Shown here: positions 41,290-55,287 of the stretch, one piece after another
Layout: each line of letters opens with the position of its first letter
Numbering within the stretch: the first letter of the stretch is position 1
Source: Octopus vulgaris
Taxonomy: Eukaryota
NCBI GenBank assembly: GCA_951406725.2
Contig: OX597814.1
Coordinates: forward strand, 9,858,001-9,922,000
Direction: 5' to 3'
Length of the DNA: 64,000 bases
The notes under the pieces: generated by a model
Database searches by the model: none
What the model was told of the DNA's origin: nothing
The model's input: only the letters and a program-made list of their open reading frames with translations
Position numbers and translations under genes: made by a program

Positions 41290-42085
41290 GCGGCGAGCTG
41301 GCAGAATCGTTGGTACACCGGGCACAATGCTTAGCGGCATTTCGTCCGTACTTACGTTTCGTGGTCAAATTACGCCAAGGTCGACTGAGCGTTTCATCCC
41401 TTTGGAGGTCAATAAAATAAGTAGCAGTTGAATGCTAGGGTCGGTGTATTGGACGCGTATGGCTTTGTGGTTGCAGTGTTTCTCAATCTTTTTTCTCTTG
41501 CGTAACCCTCAAAATAAATAAAAATATATATACCATATCCTTCTCATATTTTTTATTGTACTTCACTTGCTAAATATCATATATATACGGTTGTTATATA
41601 TTTTTTGATAACATAATAGGTTAGTTAGGATGATGTCTATATTACAATATTATAATAACCAATAATATGTTGTGCATGTTTAGTAATATTACGATCATGG
41701 AATTAGCATAAGGTTATCTCACACTCTCTCGTGGAATCTCTAGGAACACTTTGCGGAACCCTAGGGCTTCAAGGAACCGCACTTGAGAAACGCTGGGTTA
41801 GGGGTTGGAATTATGATTGTAAGATTGTGGTTTCGCTTCTTGGACTGGGCAACGCTTTGTGCTCTTGAGCAAAACACTTCACTTCACGTTTCTCCAGCCC
41901 ATTTAGCTGGCAAAAATGAGTGATTCTGCGTTCAGGTGAGGAATTTATATGCCATGGAACCAGGAAACCGGCCCTTACGAGTCGCCATGACTATAGAAGG
42001 TAACCTTTACCTGCCAGGCTCGGTGTTATCGACATATCCCCTACGCCGAACCTGCTGGCCTTGTGCTAGAAATTGAAGCAAATAT
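41290..42085 (+). mobile_element. SINE C interrupted by SINE D (41451-42011)
   Basis: C head/core 41290-41450 and C tail 42012-42085. Imperfect TSD tgc(t/c)agg(g/c)tcggtgt. Confidence 0.7.
41474..41795. mobile_element. hAT (Charlie/MER5-like) MITE inside the SINE D head
   Basis: TIRs cagtgtttctcaa / ttgagaaacgctg. TSD only partly preserved (ggtt). Confidence 0.75.
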
Positions 42086-42621
42086 TACCGAAAAACATGA
42101 TGAATAATTATTACATTTACTATCGTTCCGGTATTAGGAGAATGTGTTTTATTTCTGTTGATCGTATTTCCTCTACTTGAAGCTTATTTGGATGAGTAGA
42201 GTAGCTAATGTAATTACTCGCTTCATAATTATTTCTGCCATGATTTTTGACCATCAGTTTTACGACTTCTACCATCTTTATGATAAGTACCTAATATATC
42301 GACCCTCCGTGTAACTAGGTCAAAATGATTCATCAACCAGCTTAGCTTATACAAGCTTCCGGTTCAGATCGATATTAGGGAACTCTGTTATCGGGGTTTT
42401 CCTATCTGCAATTAATTAACGTCGGCGAAGAGTCCATTTAGAGCTATATCTGTATGGCCCATTACCTGAGTAAAACACACACACACACACACACTGTCAC
42501 TCCACTCCACACGCTCACCCTCGCACGCACACACACATCGTAAAACAATGAGATCGTCATAATAATTTTTTTTTTATATCCTCTCTTTCGCATGTCAGTG
42601 GAGATAATACTAATCATACTA

Positions 42622-43012
42622 GGCGCAGGAGTGGCTGTGTGGTAAGTAGCTTGCTAACCAACCACATGGTTCCGGGTTCAGTCCCACTGCGTGGCATCTT
42701 GGGAAAGTGTCTCCTGCTATAGCCCCGGGCCGACCAATGCCTTGTGAGTGGATTTGGTAGACGGAAACTGAAAGAAGCCTGTCGTATATATGTATATATA
42801 TATGTGTGTGTGTTTGTGTGTCTGTGTTTGTCCCCTTAGCATTGCTTGACAACCGATGCTGGTGTGTTTACGTCCCCGTTACTTAGCGGTTCGGCAAAAG
42901 AGACCGATAGAATAAGTACTGGGCTTACAAAGAATAAGTCCCGGGGTCGATTTGCTCGACTAAAGGCGGTGCTCCAGCATGGCCGCAGTCAAATGACTGA
43001 AACAAGTAAAGA
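42622..43012 (+). mobile_element. SINE family A, full length
   Basis: Uninterrupted reference copy starting ggcgcaggagtggctg. Confidence 0.93.
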
Positions 43013-43437
43013 AAAAAATACTAAGAACGAAATTACACTTATTTAGCAGGATGTCATTTATTTATTCGCTATTTCTTGATCCTTTTTTATGCAGATGCTT
43101 TTACACTATACTTCCGTTTAATATCAAAATGTACAATTCATGTAGCCATAGACGATGTTATTAGAATTTTTTTTTTGCGAATTTGAATAAAATTTACCGC
43201 TAGTAATAAATTTAAATTTGGTTCACGCTCTTCTCTGGCTTGCAGGTCTCTCACCAAAGCTGGTGGTGGACTGTTTATGCTTCCGTCACTTAGCGATTTT
43301 GCAAAAGAAACTGATAATCAAATGAGCAATCCTAGCAATATCAACCGTGAACATCCCTTGGACTTTTGTTGTTTCTGGTATTTGATTTTGTTTTTGATTT
43401 GTTGAGTATGTGTGTATATGTAGCTATGTATGTGTGC

Positions 43438-43470
<33 letters not shown>

Positions 43471-43671
43471 AAATAAGAAAATGGGGGAACACATCTTAAT
43501 CAATGATCAACTACCAGATAATACCCAATCACATAATTTATTAAACCACTACATATGAACATTAAGGTCAAACATAATAATATAGAACAAAACAATGTAC
43601 ATGAAAGAGTAATATGATACAATAAGTACAGTGTGTATAAGTGAATATAAATAAATAAAAATATAAATATA

Positions 43672-43725
<54 letters not shown>

Positions 43726-43728
<3 letters not shown>

Positions 43729-43933
43729 GGAAAGTTTACTAAAATAAACAAAAGACGAAGGCAGGTGGAGTACAAACAAATAAATGTATTAGTATGGCGC
43801 TCAGGAATAAAAATAGAAAAAGTCTTTTACGTTTCGAGCCTACGCTCTTCGACAGAAAGATACACAGATAAAAACAAGGAGAGAAACAAGGAGAGAAAAA
43901 AATGCGTGTAGGAGCTAACGATCTATCATGGCG
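43726..43933 (-). mobile_element. Family P3: short element with variant hammerhead motif, 3' end on (TA)n
   Basis: Homologous to 57039-57230 (+). Motif at 43823-43860: tcttt-CTGTCGA-a-gagc(gtag)gctc-GAAA-cg-TA-aaaga. Confidence 0.75.
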
Positions 43934-44190
43934 TCCTGACTTCGAACAGTGGTCAGACGCGAGAGGGACAGTAGGGGAGATAACAGGCTCACGCGACTTC
44001 CAATACGAATATATATATATTTATGTGTATGAGTGTATGCTTATATGTATATGTGTGTGTGTAGCAATAAATGAGCTAAAGTGAACTCAATTCATGTTTT
44101 AGAGTAGAATTGTTTGCACGGTCATTCATTTATTCTCTCATTCATTCATACATAAATGCCTACATAGGTACACACACAAGCGCGATTATA

Positions 44191-44411
44191 TGGCAGAAAC
44201 GTTAGCACGCCGGGCGAAATGCGTTGCCGTATTTCGTCTGTCGTGACGTTCTGAGTTCAAATTCCGCCGAGGTCGACTTTGCCTTTTATCCTTTCGGGGT
44301 CGATAAATTAAGTACCAGTTACGCACTGGGGTCGATGTAATCGACTTAATCCCTTTGTCTGTCCTTGTTTGTCTCCTCTGTGTTTAGCCCTTTGTGGGTA
44401 GTAAAGAAATA
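44191..44411 (+). mobile_element. SINE family C monomer
   Basis: Well-conserved head, B-box gagttcaaattcc, core and tail gtaaagaaata. Confidence 0.9.
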
Positions 44412-44694
44412 TATATATATGTATGTATGTATGAATAAAAAAAAAATGTGTATGCATATGATTAGTTCAGCAAGTAGATAATTCTTATTCATAAGTACTA
44501 ATTTATCACATGAATATCAACACAGAGTAGTAGATGTGTAAGGGAAGAGAAAATGAAGGAACATAACGATTATGGTTTCATCGAAAGTATTTCGATTGCA
44601 CCGGATGCCATTGTTTCTTTCCTTATTTGGATACATAACAGTGACCAAATATCTCATGATGCGTCCATGCTCCAATGAGAAAATAGATGTATGA

Positions 44695-44746
<52 letters not shown>

Positions 44747-46595
44747 ACGCGTATGTGTTCATTGAATATTTTTTTGCGTTAGAGTCCACTCGAAACTTAA
44801 TCCATCATCCATCATCAAAAATGCTCACACATACACATACACGCACGTATACACACACACGTAAACACACGCACTCTCTCTCACACACACACACGCAACA
44901 TATGTATTTAATTGTATGTGCAGCATACTCGTGTCATGTATCTGCGTATTGTTGTGTGCACGTATCTGTGTGCACGTATCCCTCTCTGTATGTGTACATT
45001 CAGTGAAGTAGCTGCAAGGGTAATTCTTCTCTTTTGCACGCTGCACAAGTGCCTAGTAATAAAGTGCTCGTGAAAGGTCAAGTCAAAAAAATATGAACCA
45101 CATCGTAAATTGATTATCATTTTTTTATGCGAAAAAACCCAACTAATTTCCTTTTGAACGGCATAATTGACAACACTTCTAGCCTCCTTCTCTCTAATCT
45201 CCCATTCTCTCTAATCTCCCATTCTCTCTCTGTCTGTCTTTTTCTCTCCCTCTCCCTTCCTCTCCCTTCTTCTCCCTTTCGCCTTATAATCAGATTCCAT
45301 TGTTGGTTGTCCGTCTAGCTTTTCTCACTCTCTTTAAACTAGCTCACCGACGACAACGGCAAGCTATATATGTACATTGATTGGTTGCCGTAGTACGAAC
45401 GCAGTGATTTTCTTTCACTTATTCTGATTGGTCAGTTTTAAAATAGTTGACGTACTAAATCACTTCGACATGTTTCTTGCTTGTTGAAAACCATTGGATT
45501 AGAACAAGAGATAAAACAATGAAACTCAATTTTCATTTAATTTTACTCCGCACCATACTTATTTTACATTACTGACAAGGTAAGATCGTCGATACACTGC
45601 CCCATTCCTTCTTCCCTTAATTCAGTGTCTAAATGTCTGTGGTTATACTATCTCTGTATTACACACGCATATATGTTAATGTATGTTAAAATGTGTTACA
45701 CATACTCACAGGTTTTGTAACATGTGTGTATGTGTGTGTGTGTGTGCGTGTGTGCGTGTGTGCGTGTGTGCGTGTGTATATATATATGTACATGTGTAAG
45801 TGTATGCACGTGTGTGTTTAGAATAAGGTTAAAGATATTCAAGGAGTGTGTTGGTACATTACTTCGGCAAGGATTGTGTTATTTGGAAAAAACCGACAGA
45901 AAAAAGTAAAGGGGAATTGTCGTTCTTCAGACTTAAGATGAAAGGATAGAAAAAAAAGGCAAGATACGTCGCCATCAATAATAATGAACTGAATAGTAAA
46001 TCCTTACTTTCAGTAGTTGGAATAGTTTCCATAATGCATACCAAAAGATGTGATTTGTTGCAAGAGTTGGTGCCTTATAAAAGAGCATTAGTGGATTTGA
46101 AGAAGATGCTCCTCTAGATTTTCGCCGTTATTCAGTACAACAAATACCTATCCAAAAAAATGTGTGTGTCGTTTGTACGTCATAGGTTTCTTTAAATGAT
46201 ATCTTCTGTTGAGATTTCTGTTCAAGAAATAGCCACACCGTCTTTTTACGGATTTACACTTTGAAAGGGATGTCATTTTCGTCACGTAATTCTTTCGGGG
46301 AAGACATCACGTTGTCCTTCTTCCTTGAATTCTAAAATACAAAGAGAAGCGGCACCAGATTCGTCACCATACCTATTGTCTTTTCGTGTTACCAGATTTG
46401 CACAGGTTTCCTCAAAGGAAACGGCACCTAACATATGTCTCCGCACAGACATATGTCTTTCAGTTACAGTCTTGATGCACAGAGTTGCTTCATTTTCATC
46501 AATTCGCAAATGGCTTTTGGGAGTGAATGGAAGCCATAGCTTTCAGTCTTGTCAAACCTTCAAAACTACATTTTCATTGTGCCTTGTACACACAC

Positions 46596-46634
<39 letters not shown>

Positions 46635-46638
<4 letters not shown>

Positions 46639-47199
46639 GTTGTCCGGAAAGTTCGTGCCGATATTTAAAGGAAAGAAAAAAGTCAATAAATACTTGCCAT
46701 TACCTTTTTAATCAACCAAATATGGACCATTTTGTTGCACAACGCGTCTCCATCTTTCCTTTAACTTGAAAATACCCTCTTCCCAGAAAATTGAGGTGGT
46801 TTCATGGCAAAGAATTCATCAAGGTATCTTTTTACGTCATCCAAGGAATTGAAATTTTTACCATTAAGACTATTCTGCAGAGACATGAATAAGTGGAAAA
46901 CCGTAGGTACAACATCTGGTGAATATGGAGGCTGGGGTAACACATCCCAGCTGAGCTGCAGCAACTTTTGTCTGGTTCCCAAAGTAGCAAGTGCCGAAAA
47001 TGAACTTTCTTATCTTCCATTTTAAAGGGTTACAGAATTAACACAGGTTATAGGAACATAAACCCTCTTCCACGAAAATATAGCTTAAACTGTGCTCTAA
47101 ATGGAGGTGTAGTCAAATCCTATTTTATGGACTCAAACATGTTCTAAAATAAGTCGAAAGTTAAGCTACTATAAATCGGCACGAACTTTCCGGACAACC

Positions 47200-47202
<3 letters not shown>
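46635..47202 (-). mobile_element. Internally deleted mariner (mellifera-like)
   Basis: TIR ttgggttgtccggaaagttcgtgccgat / atcggcacgaactttccggacaacccag, with TA flanks in (TA)n. N-terminus MEDKKVHFRHLLL is joined to C-terminus WDVLPQPPYSPDVVPTVFHLF (YSPDLAP motif). Confidence 0.93.
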
Positions 47203-47233
<31 letters not shown>

Positions 47234-47488
47234 GTATATATATAAATACTATTTGAGTGTGAGTGTAGGCAGTATGATGCAGAAGTACAAACGTTAGGAG
47301 CGTCACACGCAATACGTTACAGAAACTAACGAATTACTATCTATGCCGTTGCTTGACCCTGTTAAAAACCTCTCGAGTCGAATTTGTCTGAAATACTTTT
47401 GAACGCTCTACAGAGAATATCAGTTATAAACTGGACCTTCCACTAGAAAAAAAAAATTAGCATTGGTACCATACAAAAGTTAAACATA

Positions 47489-47986
<498 letters not shown>

Positions 47987-49967
47987 ATGGAAAGAACGAA
48001 CTTTCGTGAAATAAATTACATGAAATATATTCTCCGGCGCATCCGTTTAAGTTGTCTTACTTGAAGCCTGTCTATTGTGAACCATCTTTCGTTACTCGAT
48101 TAGATTCTAATGCACTTCCTCTACGTTTTCCGTTGCTTTTACCTTTTATCTCTTTCTTCAACCGAGCAGCGTCCACTGATAGTTTAAAGAGGGAACCCTC
48201 ATTTTGAAGTAATAATTCATAGGTCATTTAAACGTGTATTCTAATACACATCCAAATTTCATTGGAGAGATTTCCAGCTCGGCCAAATGCCTACGTTACA
48301 ATTTTGAAACAAATATGCCCTAAACATGGCATCTTTTTCCGATACTTCCCACTGTCTGTAGCTTCTCCGTTTCTCTCTTTCGCTTTCACTTACAAACACA
48401 TACAGCCAATATACATTATTACACGTACAACGGCATACAAACAGAGATACAGACATACAAACACGAACACGTACAAACAAGTAGAACCAGGTTCAATCAT
48501 ACGCAAACACTTATAAACTCATATACAAACTCACACAAGCATAAACACATATATATATATATATAAAGACACGCGTACGTAAATGTACTGTTACATACAG
48601 ACACATACAAGTCAGTATATTCACACAAACTACAACAAAGTATTTTCACACACTAACACCCATTTCTTTCGCTCAACCTTGTTCGCCACCGATTTTCTTC
48701 TTTCCCTCTTCCCTCTTTATCGCTATGATATATAGATAGTATGCACAATCCAAAGAAAATGTACCGGCCATTATCTGCACGTGTGAGTGTGTGTATATAT
48801 GCGTGTATATGCGGGCGTGTGCGCGTGTGTACTTCATAGCTTGCTTGTGTATGAATGTCTTGTGTGTGCGTGTGTTTTTGTTTGGTCATTTCATAATTAT
48901 ATCTGACTGCGCTTCCATAAATATGTTTGTAGGCTACCATAAAGCAGTTTGCAAGGCTTCCATAAATATGTTACTTTCTCCGCCATAAATATTTGGGCGG
49001 CAAACTATCCAAGCATTGAAGAATCGCATAGATTTTACTTTAATAACTGTGACCGAATAACATAAAGGCCAGCCAGTAACATAAACAGAACTAGCACGCG
49101 CCATTTTGAGTGGGCGCGCATGTGTGCGTGTGTATGAGTGCAAGAGCTTTCATGGTCTTTAGTGCGGCTGTTTGTATGTATATGAGTAAGGAAGTCATTT
49201 TGTGCGTAAATTCGTATATGCATACATAGTCATAAGCATATATATATATATATATATATATACAGGTGTTGTGTGATTCTTGTAAATGTATATACATACA
49301 CACATTAAGAAAGACACACGCATATACGTACATCTGTGTGTGTGGATGAATGTTTGCGCATGGTTGTGTATGCGTGTATGCTTGAATATACAGAACGCGT
49401 GTACTTTTATAAGCATTGCTTATAGATACATCTCCTTTGTATACACGTATATACGTTCGTGTGAGCGTATATTTTTGTCTGTTGGGATGAGTAATGTTGT
49501 TTGTGTAGTTCATTTGCGTATTCGTGAAAGTGTCATATATATATATATATAAATATATATATACATATATGCGTGTGTGTGTGTGTGTGTTTGTATGCAT
49601 GCATGTATATGCATGTATGTATACTTATATATGTATACAGGCACATAAGTACAGAAAGGGGCTGAGATAGAACGCTTGATACTGTGTGTGTGTGTACGCG
49701 CCCGCACTTATAAAGGGATAGAAGGCTTGATAAATAGATAAATTGATTTATAGATAAACAGATAGACAGACAATCAGAGAGATATAGATATATGTATGGG
49801 TATTTGTGTGTCTGTGTGTCTGTGTGTTTAATGTGTGTGTAGTTTTGTATGTGCATGTGTATCTCAGAGTGTTTGTGTATTGGGAATCTCTATGTTCATT
49901 CTTAATATTTTCTTCTCTTAACATTCTCCTGAGTTTTCTTACATTGCCGAAGGAAAAAGTATGAAAT

Positions 49968-50002
<35 letters not shown>

Positions 50003-50818
50003 TTTATGTATCTACACAAATACACAAATAAAGGGGTGTTAGAGAAAATACTCAAAATAATGAACGATCGCACTCTAAAACCAATTTGTTGGGTGATAGG
50101 TCATGCCAGAATATATCTGTCTGAGAGAGGATTCGATAGGGTGCCTTAGTTGTCGTGCAGGTGACCTCTTTTCGTTGCCGTTGCTGCCTTGTGAGTAAGT
50201 CCACCATGACAAGTCAGAGTACGTCCTCAGACAAAACAAATTGGCGATGAATTTTAAGCTGTTTTCGGAAAGACAGCATTTTCAGTAGCCTTCCGCGGAC
50301 TAAGAAGAGTAAACAATGATTTTGAACACACTTAATACAAAATGTATAACTTCAAACAAAGTTTGTAATGCAGGAAAATGTGCACCTCCAATGTTGTTAT
50401 GAAAGCTTCATTGCACATGTGTCTTCTCCTGCAATGCGGATGATGAACTTTGGTTCTTAGTCGTGATTGGTCTGGTCTAGTATTACAAGCGTCTATAACG
50501 ATGAAGTACTATTCCTTACATGGTTTTCTTGCACGTGAGGGCACACAGTAGGAATAACATAAGCAGTAGAGACTGATACTACACTAGTTTCCACGCAGCG
50601 TCCTGCATGGCTGTCGTTCTTTATGAAATACAGATATAAAAAAAAATCCTGAAAATGTCTGAATTCTGTGGACAAAAATACACATGCACATAGCCCACCA
50701 TAGATCTAAGCATGAAATTGTACGATGGCAAAAAGAAACTCTTCGTCAGAAAGAGGAAAGAGGAAAAAGTTTAGAGAGAAGGAAAAGAATAGAATGAGGG
50801 AAGCACCTGTGTCGTTAC

Positions 50819-50869
<51 letters not shown>

Positions 50870-50870
<1 letters not shown>

Positions 50871-51176
50871 AAAAAAAGGCACCTTTTATCAATGCAAAAT
50901 GAAAAATTAAATTACACCATCTAGAAAATTACATATAATAGAAATATTAAATATAACGTAAAAAATATAACGATGATTAAGTAATGTGCAAAATAATAAA
51001 TAAAACGTATTTATACGTTTTATTTATTATTATATATACGTTTTATTTATTATTTTGCACATTACTTAATCATCGTTATACTTTTTACGTTATATTTAAT
51101 ATTTCTATTATATATAATTTTCTAGATGGTGTAATTTAATTTTTCATTTTGAATTGATAAAAAGGTGTTTTTTTTT
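50870..51176. repeat. AT-rich ~140-bp-arm near-perfect inverted repeat between (TA)n tracts
   Basis: 50870-51010 is the reverse complement of 51036-51176. The spacer holds a duplicate of atacgttttatttattatt. Confidence 0.9.
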
Positions 51177-51274
51177 CTAATTTATATATATATTATATTT
51201 TGTGAAATCTGATTTAGTATTTCTAAATTGAATTTTCCCCTGTAAGTTTGGAATAATATTCCCTCAAATTATTA

Positions 51275-51325
<51 letters not shown>

Positions 51326-51326
<1 letters not shown>

Positions 51327-51623
51327 TAGCAGTATCGTTTGGCATTGCTCGGGTTTGTTTTGACCCTTTAGAATTGGAATTTTTTAAAAGTAAAAATTTT
51401 GCATTATGTAGCTTGTTATTCTCTTTTAGTGAACATTTTTCTGGTTGAAATACAACGAAAAATGGCGTAAAAAAACACCTTTTTTGATGTAAATAATTTT
51501 TGGTGTTAATATGATCCGATTTGAATTTTTTCTGCTACGGAAAAAAAGAGCAAACCTCCTTCTATTATACTCTCAATTTTGGTCAACATGCGCCGCAGGG
51601 TCTCGGAGGAGATAGTGTTAGTT
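51326..51623 (-). mobile_element. Non-autonomous Helitron, 5'-truncated with an internal deletion
   Basis: Reverse complement of 8331-8723. CTAG end at 51326-51329. Confidence 0.82.
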
Positions 51624-52291
51624 AGCTTAGAGGAGGGAGTGAAAGTCTAGAAAGGTTACAGATTATGGTGGATTTAGTGCTTTCTTATTCCGAAGAAACA
51701 TAACGGAATCATAGGAAAAGATGAAAAAGCCCAAATAGAGAAAATCAAAGCCAAGACACAGTCGTACATTTATATACAGCACACTAACACACATGCGCGT
51801 TTTTGCGCATGCATGAGGACGTACAAACAAGCAATATACAAGTATATGCATTTATACTCATGTAGTCTTAGATGAAATTCAAAGACCACCACGCTCAATT
51901 AAGTTCTTGTAGCACTGTACGATGCAAAGTCACAAATTTGATAAGAGTAAAATTCTATGGTATATATGCATGCATACAAGCATACATTCATACATATATA
52001 CATTCATACATGAATATATACAATTAATCATACATACATTTATGCATGCATACATACATTCATACATACATATATTCATACATGCATACATACATACATA
52101 CATACATACATACATACATACATGCATGCATACATACATACATACATGCAGATACGAACATGTGCATGCATACTCATATATGTTCAAAATGCAAATACTC
52201 AATTACACGTGAATATATGCATAATACGCGCACGCACACACACATGCAAATATACCATATATACATACAAAATTTGAATCAGCTATATAGA

Positions 52292-52346
<55 letters not shown>

Positions 52347-52406
52347 CAAACATAGATAAATATACACACTCGCACTCATATGCACTTGCATAATGGATTC
52401 ACATTA

Positions 52407-52511
<105 letters not shown>

Positions 52512-52672
52512 AAAGATAAATGCGATACAATAAAATTAATTATATATATATATATATATATAATTTCTATTGAATTTTTTGCTACCCTAAATTGATTAAT
52601 TATATATATATATATATATATTCTTAAGTTTCAGCTCAGAGCGGCGCCGTATGTATATATATATATACATAT

Positions 52673-52871
52673 GTAGGTCCCGGGTTGATTCGGGGTTAAC
52701 CACAGTAAATAAGGTACTCAATACATAGCAGAGTAAAATTAATTTATTATATAGAAGGAGCTTCTACAGGACTAGAACTGTTTCATTCAAGAGAAATCTT
52801 CAGGAGCTTCCTGAAGATTTCTCTTGAATGAAACAGTTCTAGTCCTATAAAGCTCCTTCTATATAATAAAT
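52673..52871. mobile_element. Family P2 second copy, palindromic, inside (TA)n
   Basis: Palindrome 52742-52871 with almost no loop. Both arms carry CTGAAGA..GAAAC. Confidence 0.8.
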
Positions 52872-52931
52872 ATATATATATACATATATATGCGCATGTG
52901 TGAGCTTGTATGTGTGTGTGTATTGGGTTTT

Positions 52932-52974
<43 letters not shown>

Positions 52975-52981
52975 GAGAGAG

Positions 52982-53016
<35 letters not shown>

Positions 53017-53372
53017 CACACACACGTTTGTGTATGTGTGCCTGTTCGTTTGTCTCTGTACTGATGTCTAGATGTCTATGGCGTTTGTTGTGTGTGCGTG
53101 CCGGTTCATGTGTATATGCACGCACACATATGCACAAAGACACAGATACACATGTATACACTTGCACACCCACACACATCGTTCTTGCTCTCCCTATTTG
53201 CTCTCTAAGTGTTTTATATCCTGCATTATGCACGAATTTAAATATCAACAGTGTTGTGTGTATGGTTGTGTGTGAGCGTGTTGCGTGTGAACCTCTGTAT
53301 TCATGACACGTGGTATTTTGAATACATGCGCCATAATATGTACGAATGTCCAGGAGTAGTAAAAGCCGTGGC

Positions 53373-53531
<159 letters not shown>

Positions 53532-53914
53532 GGCCGGCAAAGGTTGTGTGGTAGCGGTGGTGTTTGATAATGGCGTAGTTTTTGCGTGGTGTTTATGTCA
53601 GAGTGCGGTCATATAAATTATCCCTTGTATAAATAAGGTACACCGCTACATCTATGACGTGTGGTCACTTTTTATTTACGTTTAAAAAACTTTCCGTCCG
53701 CTAATCTTTTGCAAGTGTTTGTTTAAGTGATAGATTTAGAAGTGTTTATGAGCCTGTGTATCGCGCACGTAAGGGGCTTGCATGTGTCTATATAATATGC
53801 AGTTCTCCATTTTGTATGTGTGATTGAATATGTGAATGTATGCAAGGGGGGCCTATATTTGTAAGTTTTCCCTACAAGAAATATTACGCATACACAAACA
53901 CGTATGCATACACA

Positions 53915-54126
53915 GAGGCTTTCTCCGTCCGGGTTGCGGATCCGTGGAATAAGCTGCCAGACGAGATGGTGAAGATGCCGACGACCGCTCGGTTCAAAGT
54001 CTCCCTTGAACTCAAGTGGCCTGAACTCTTTACATGAACACCCTCCCTGTATATAACTCCATGTCCCCCTACATGGCCTTGCTTTTTGCTTTTTGAGCCC
54101 AAAAATTAACTAACTAACTAACTAAC
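53915..54126 (+). mobile_element. CR1-type LINE 3' end
   Basis: AFSVRVADPWNKLPDEMVKMPTTARFKVSLE* matches FS.RV...WN.LP...V......FK..LD. Short 3' UTR and (TAAC)n tail. Confidence 0.85.
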
Positions 54127-54481
54127 ATAAATACAAGCACACACAAATGCATTCGAAACTTGTGAGTGCACATTTGTGGGCGCGCACGTTCGTGCAATCA
54201 GAGGCTAAATGACGGAGAGGTTATAGAGTAAAGTTATCAGCTTATGAGTCTAAAGATCGATTCCGTTACGTATAAATCGATATATATCTTATATTTGGAG
54301 AGTTCAATGAGATCTCAGTGTTTCGTCGTATATTGGACTGTCTCGAATTACCAAGGAATGGGAAGTAGATTTTCGGGGGAAGCTACTTGACAGATTGACA
54401 AGATCTGGGTTCAAACCAAAGAACCGGAGGAGCTTACGATCTCTTTAAACCTTAATAGATATCTTTCAGCTTTTTTGTCTG

Positions 54482-54826
54482 TTACTTGTTTCAGTCATTA
54501 GACTGCGGCCATGCTGGGGTACCGCCCTGAAGAATTTTTAGTCAAATGAATCGACCCCAGCACTTTTCTTTTTTAAGCCTCGCACTCATTTTATCAAAAT
54601 CTTTTGCCGACCCGCTGAATTACGGCTATGTAAACACACCAGCACTGGTTGTCAAGCGATGGTGGAGGACAAACACAGTCGCAAACACACACACACACGA
54701 CGGGCTTCTTTTCAGTTTCGTCTTCCAAATCCACTCACAAGGATTCGGTCAGCCCAAGGCTATAGTAGAAAACACTTGCCCAAGGTTTCGTGCAGTAGGA
54801 CTGAACCTGGAACTATGTGGTTGGAA
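54482..54826 (-). mobile_element. SINE family A, diverged
   Basis: Reverse complement of the family A body, head clipped. Confidence 0.85.
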
Positions 54827-54842
54827 CTAATATACATATATA

Positions 54843-54999
54843 GGGCAGGCGAGGCGCTGTAACAAGTAGCTTGCTTCCCAGCCACGTGCTTTCATGTTCA
54901 GTGCCACCGTGTGGTATCTGGCAAGTGCCTTTTAATGCAGCGTCGGATCAACCAAAACATTGTGAGGGGATTTGGTAAACGGAAACTGAAAGTGGCCTC

Positions 55000-55080
<81 letters not shown>

Positions 55081-55287
55081 TCTGTCTGTCTCGGCGTGTG
55101 TATGTGTGTATTTGTGCTTGTGCTTGTTCTCACCAACGATTGCTAACCGCTGTTCGTTTGTTTGCTTCCCTGCAATTTATCGATTCGGTAAGAGCTACAA
55201 ATAAGTAATGGGGGTCGATTTACTCGACTAAAACACTTCAGGTGCCCCAGTGCGGCCGCAGTCCAATGATTGAAAAAATTAAGAGAT
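54843..55287 (+). mobile_element. SINE family A, diverged
   Basis: ggatttggtaaacggaaactgaaag, (TG)n, ggccgcagtccaatgattgaaa. Confidence 0.8.

Noticed and set aside
46282-46509. 75-aa complex-looking minus-strand ORF
   Set aside because: No recognisable motif or splice boundaries; length is within chance expectation.
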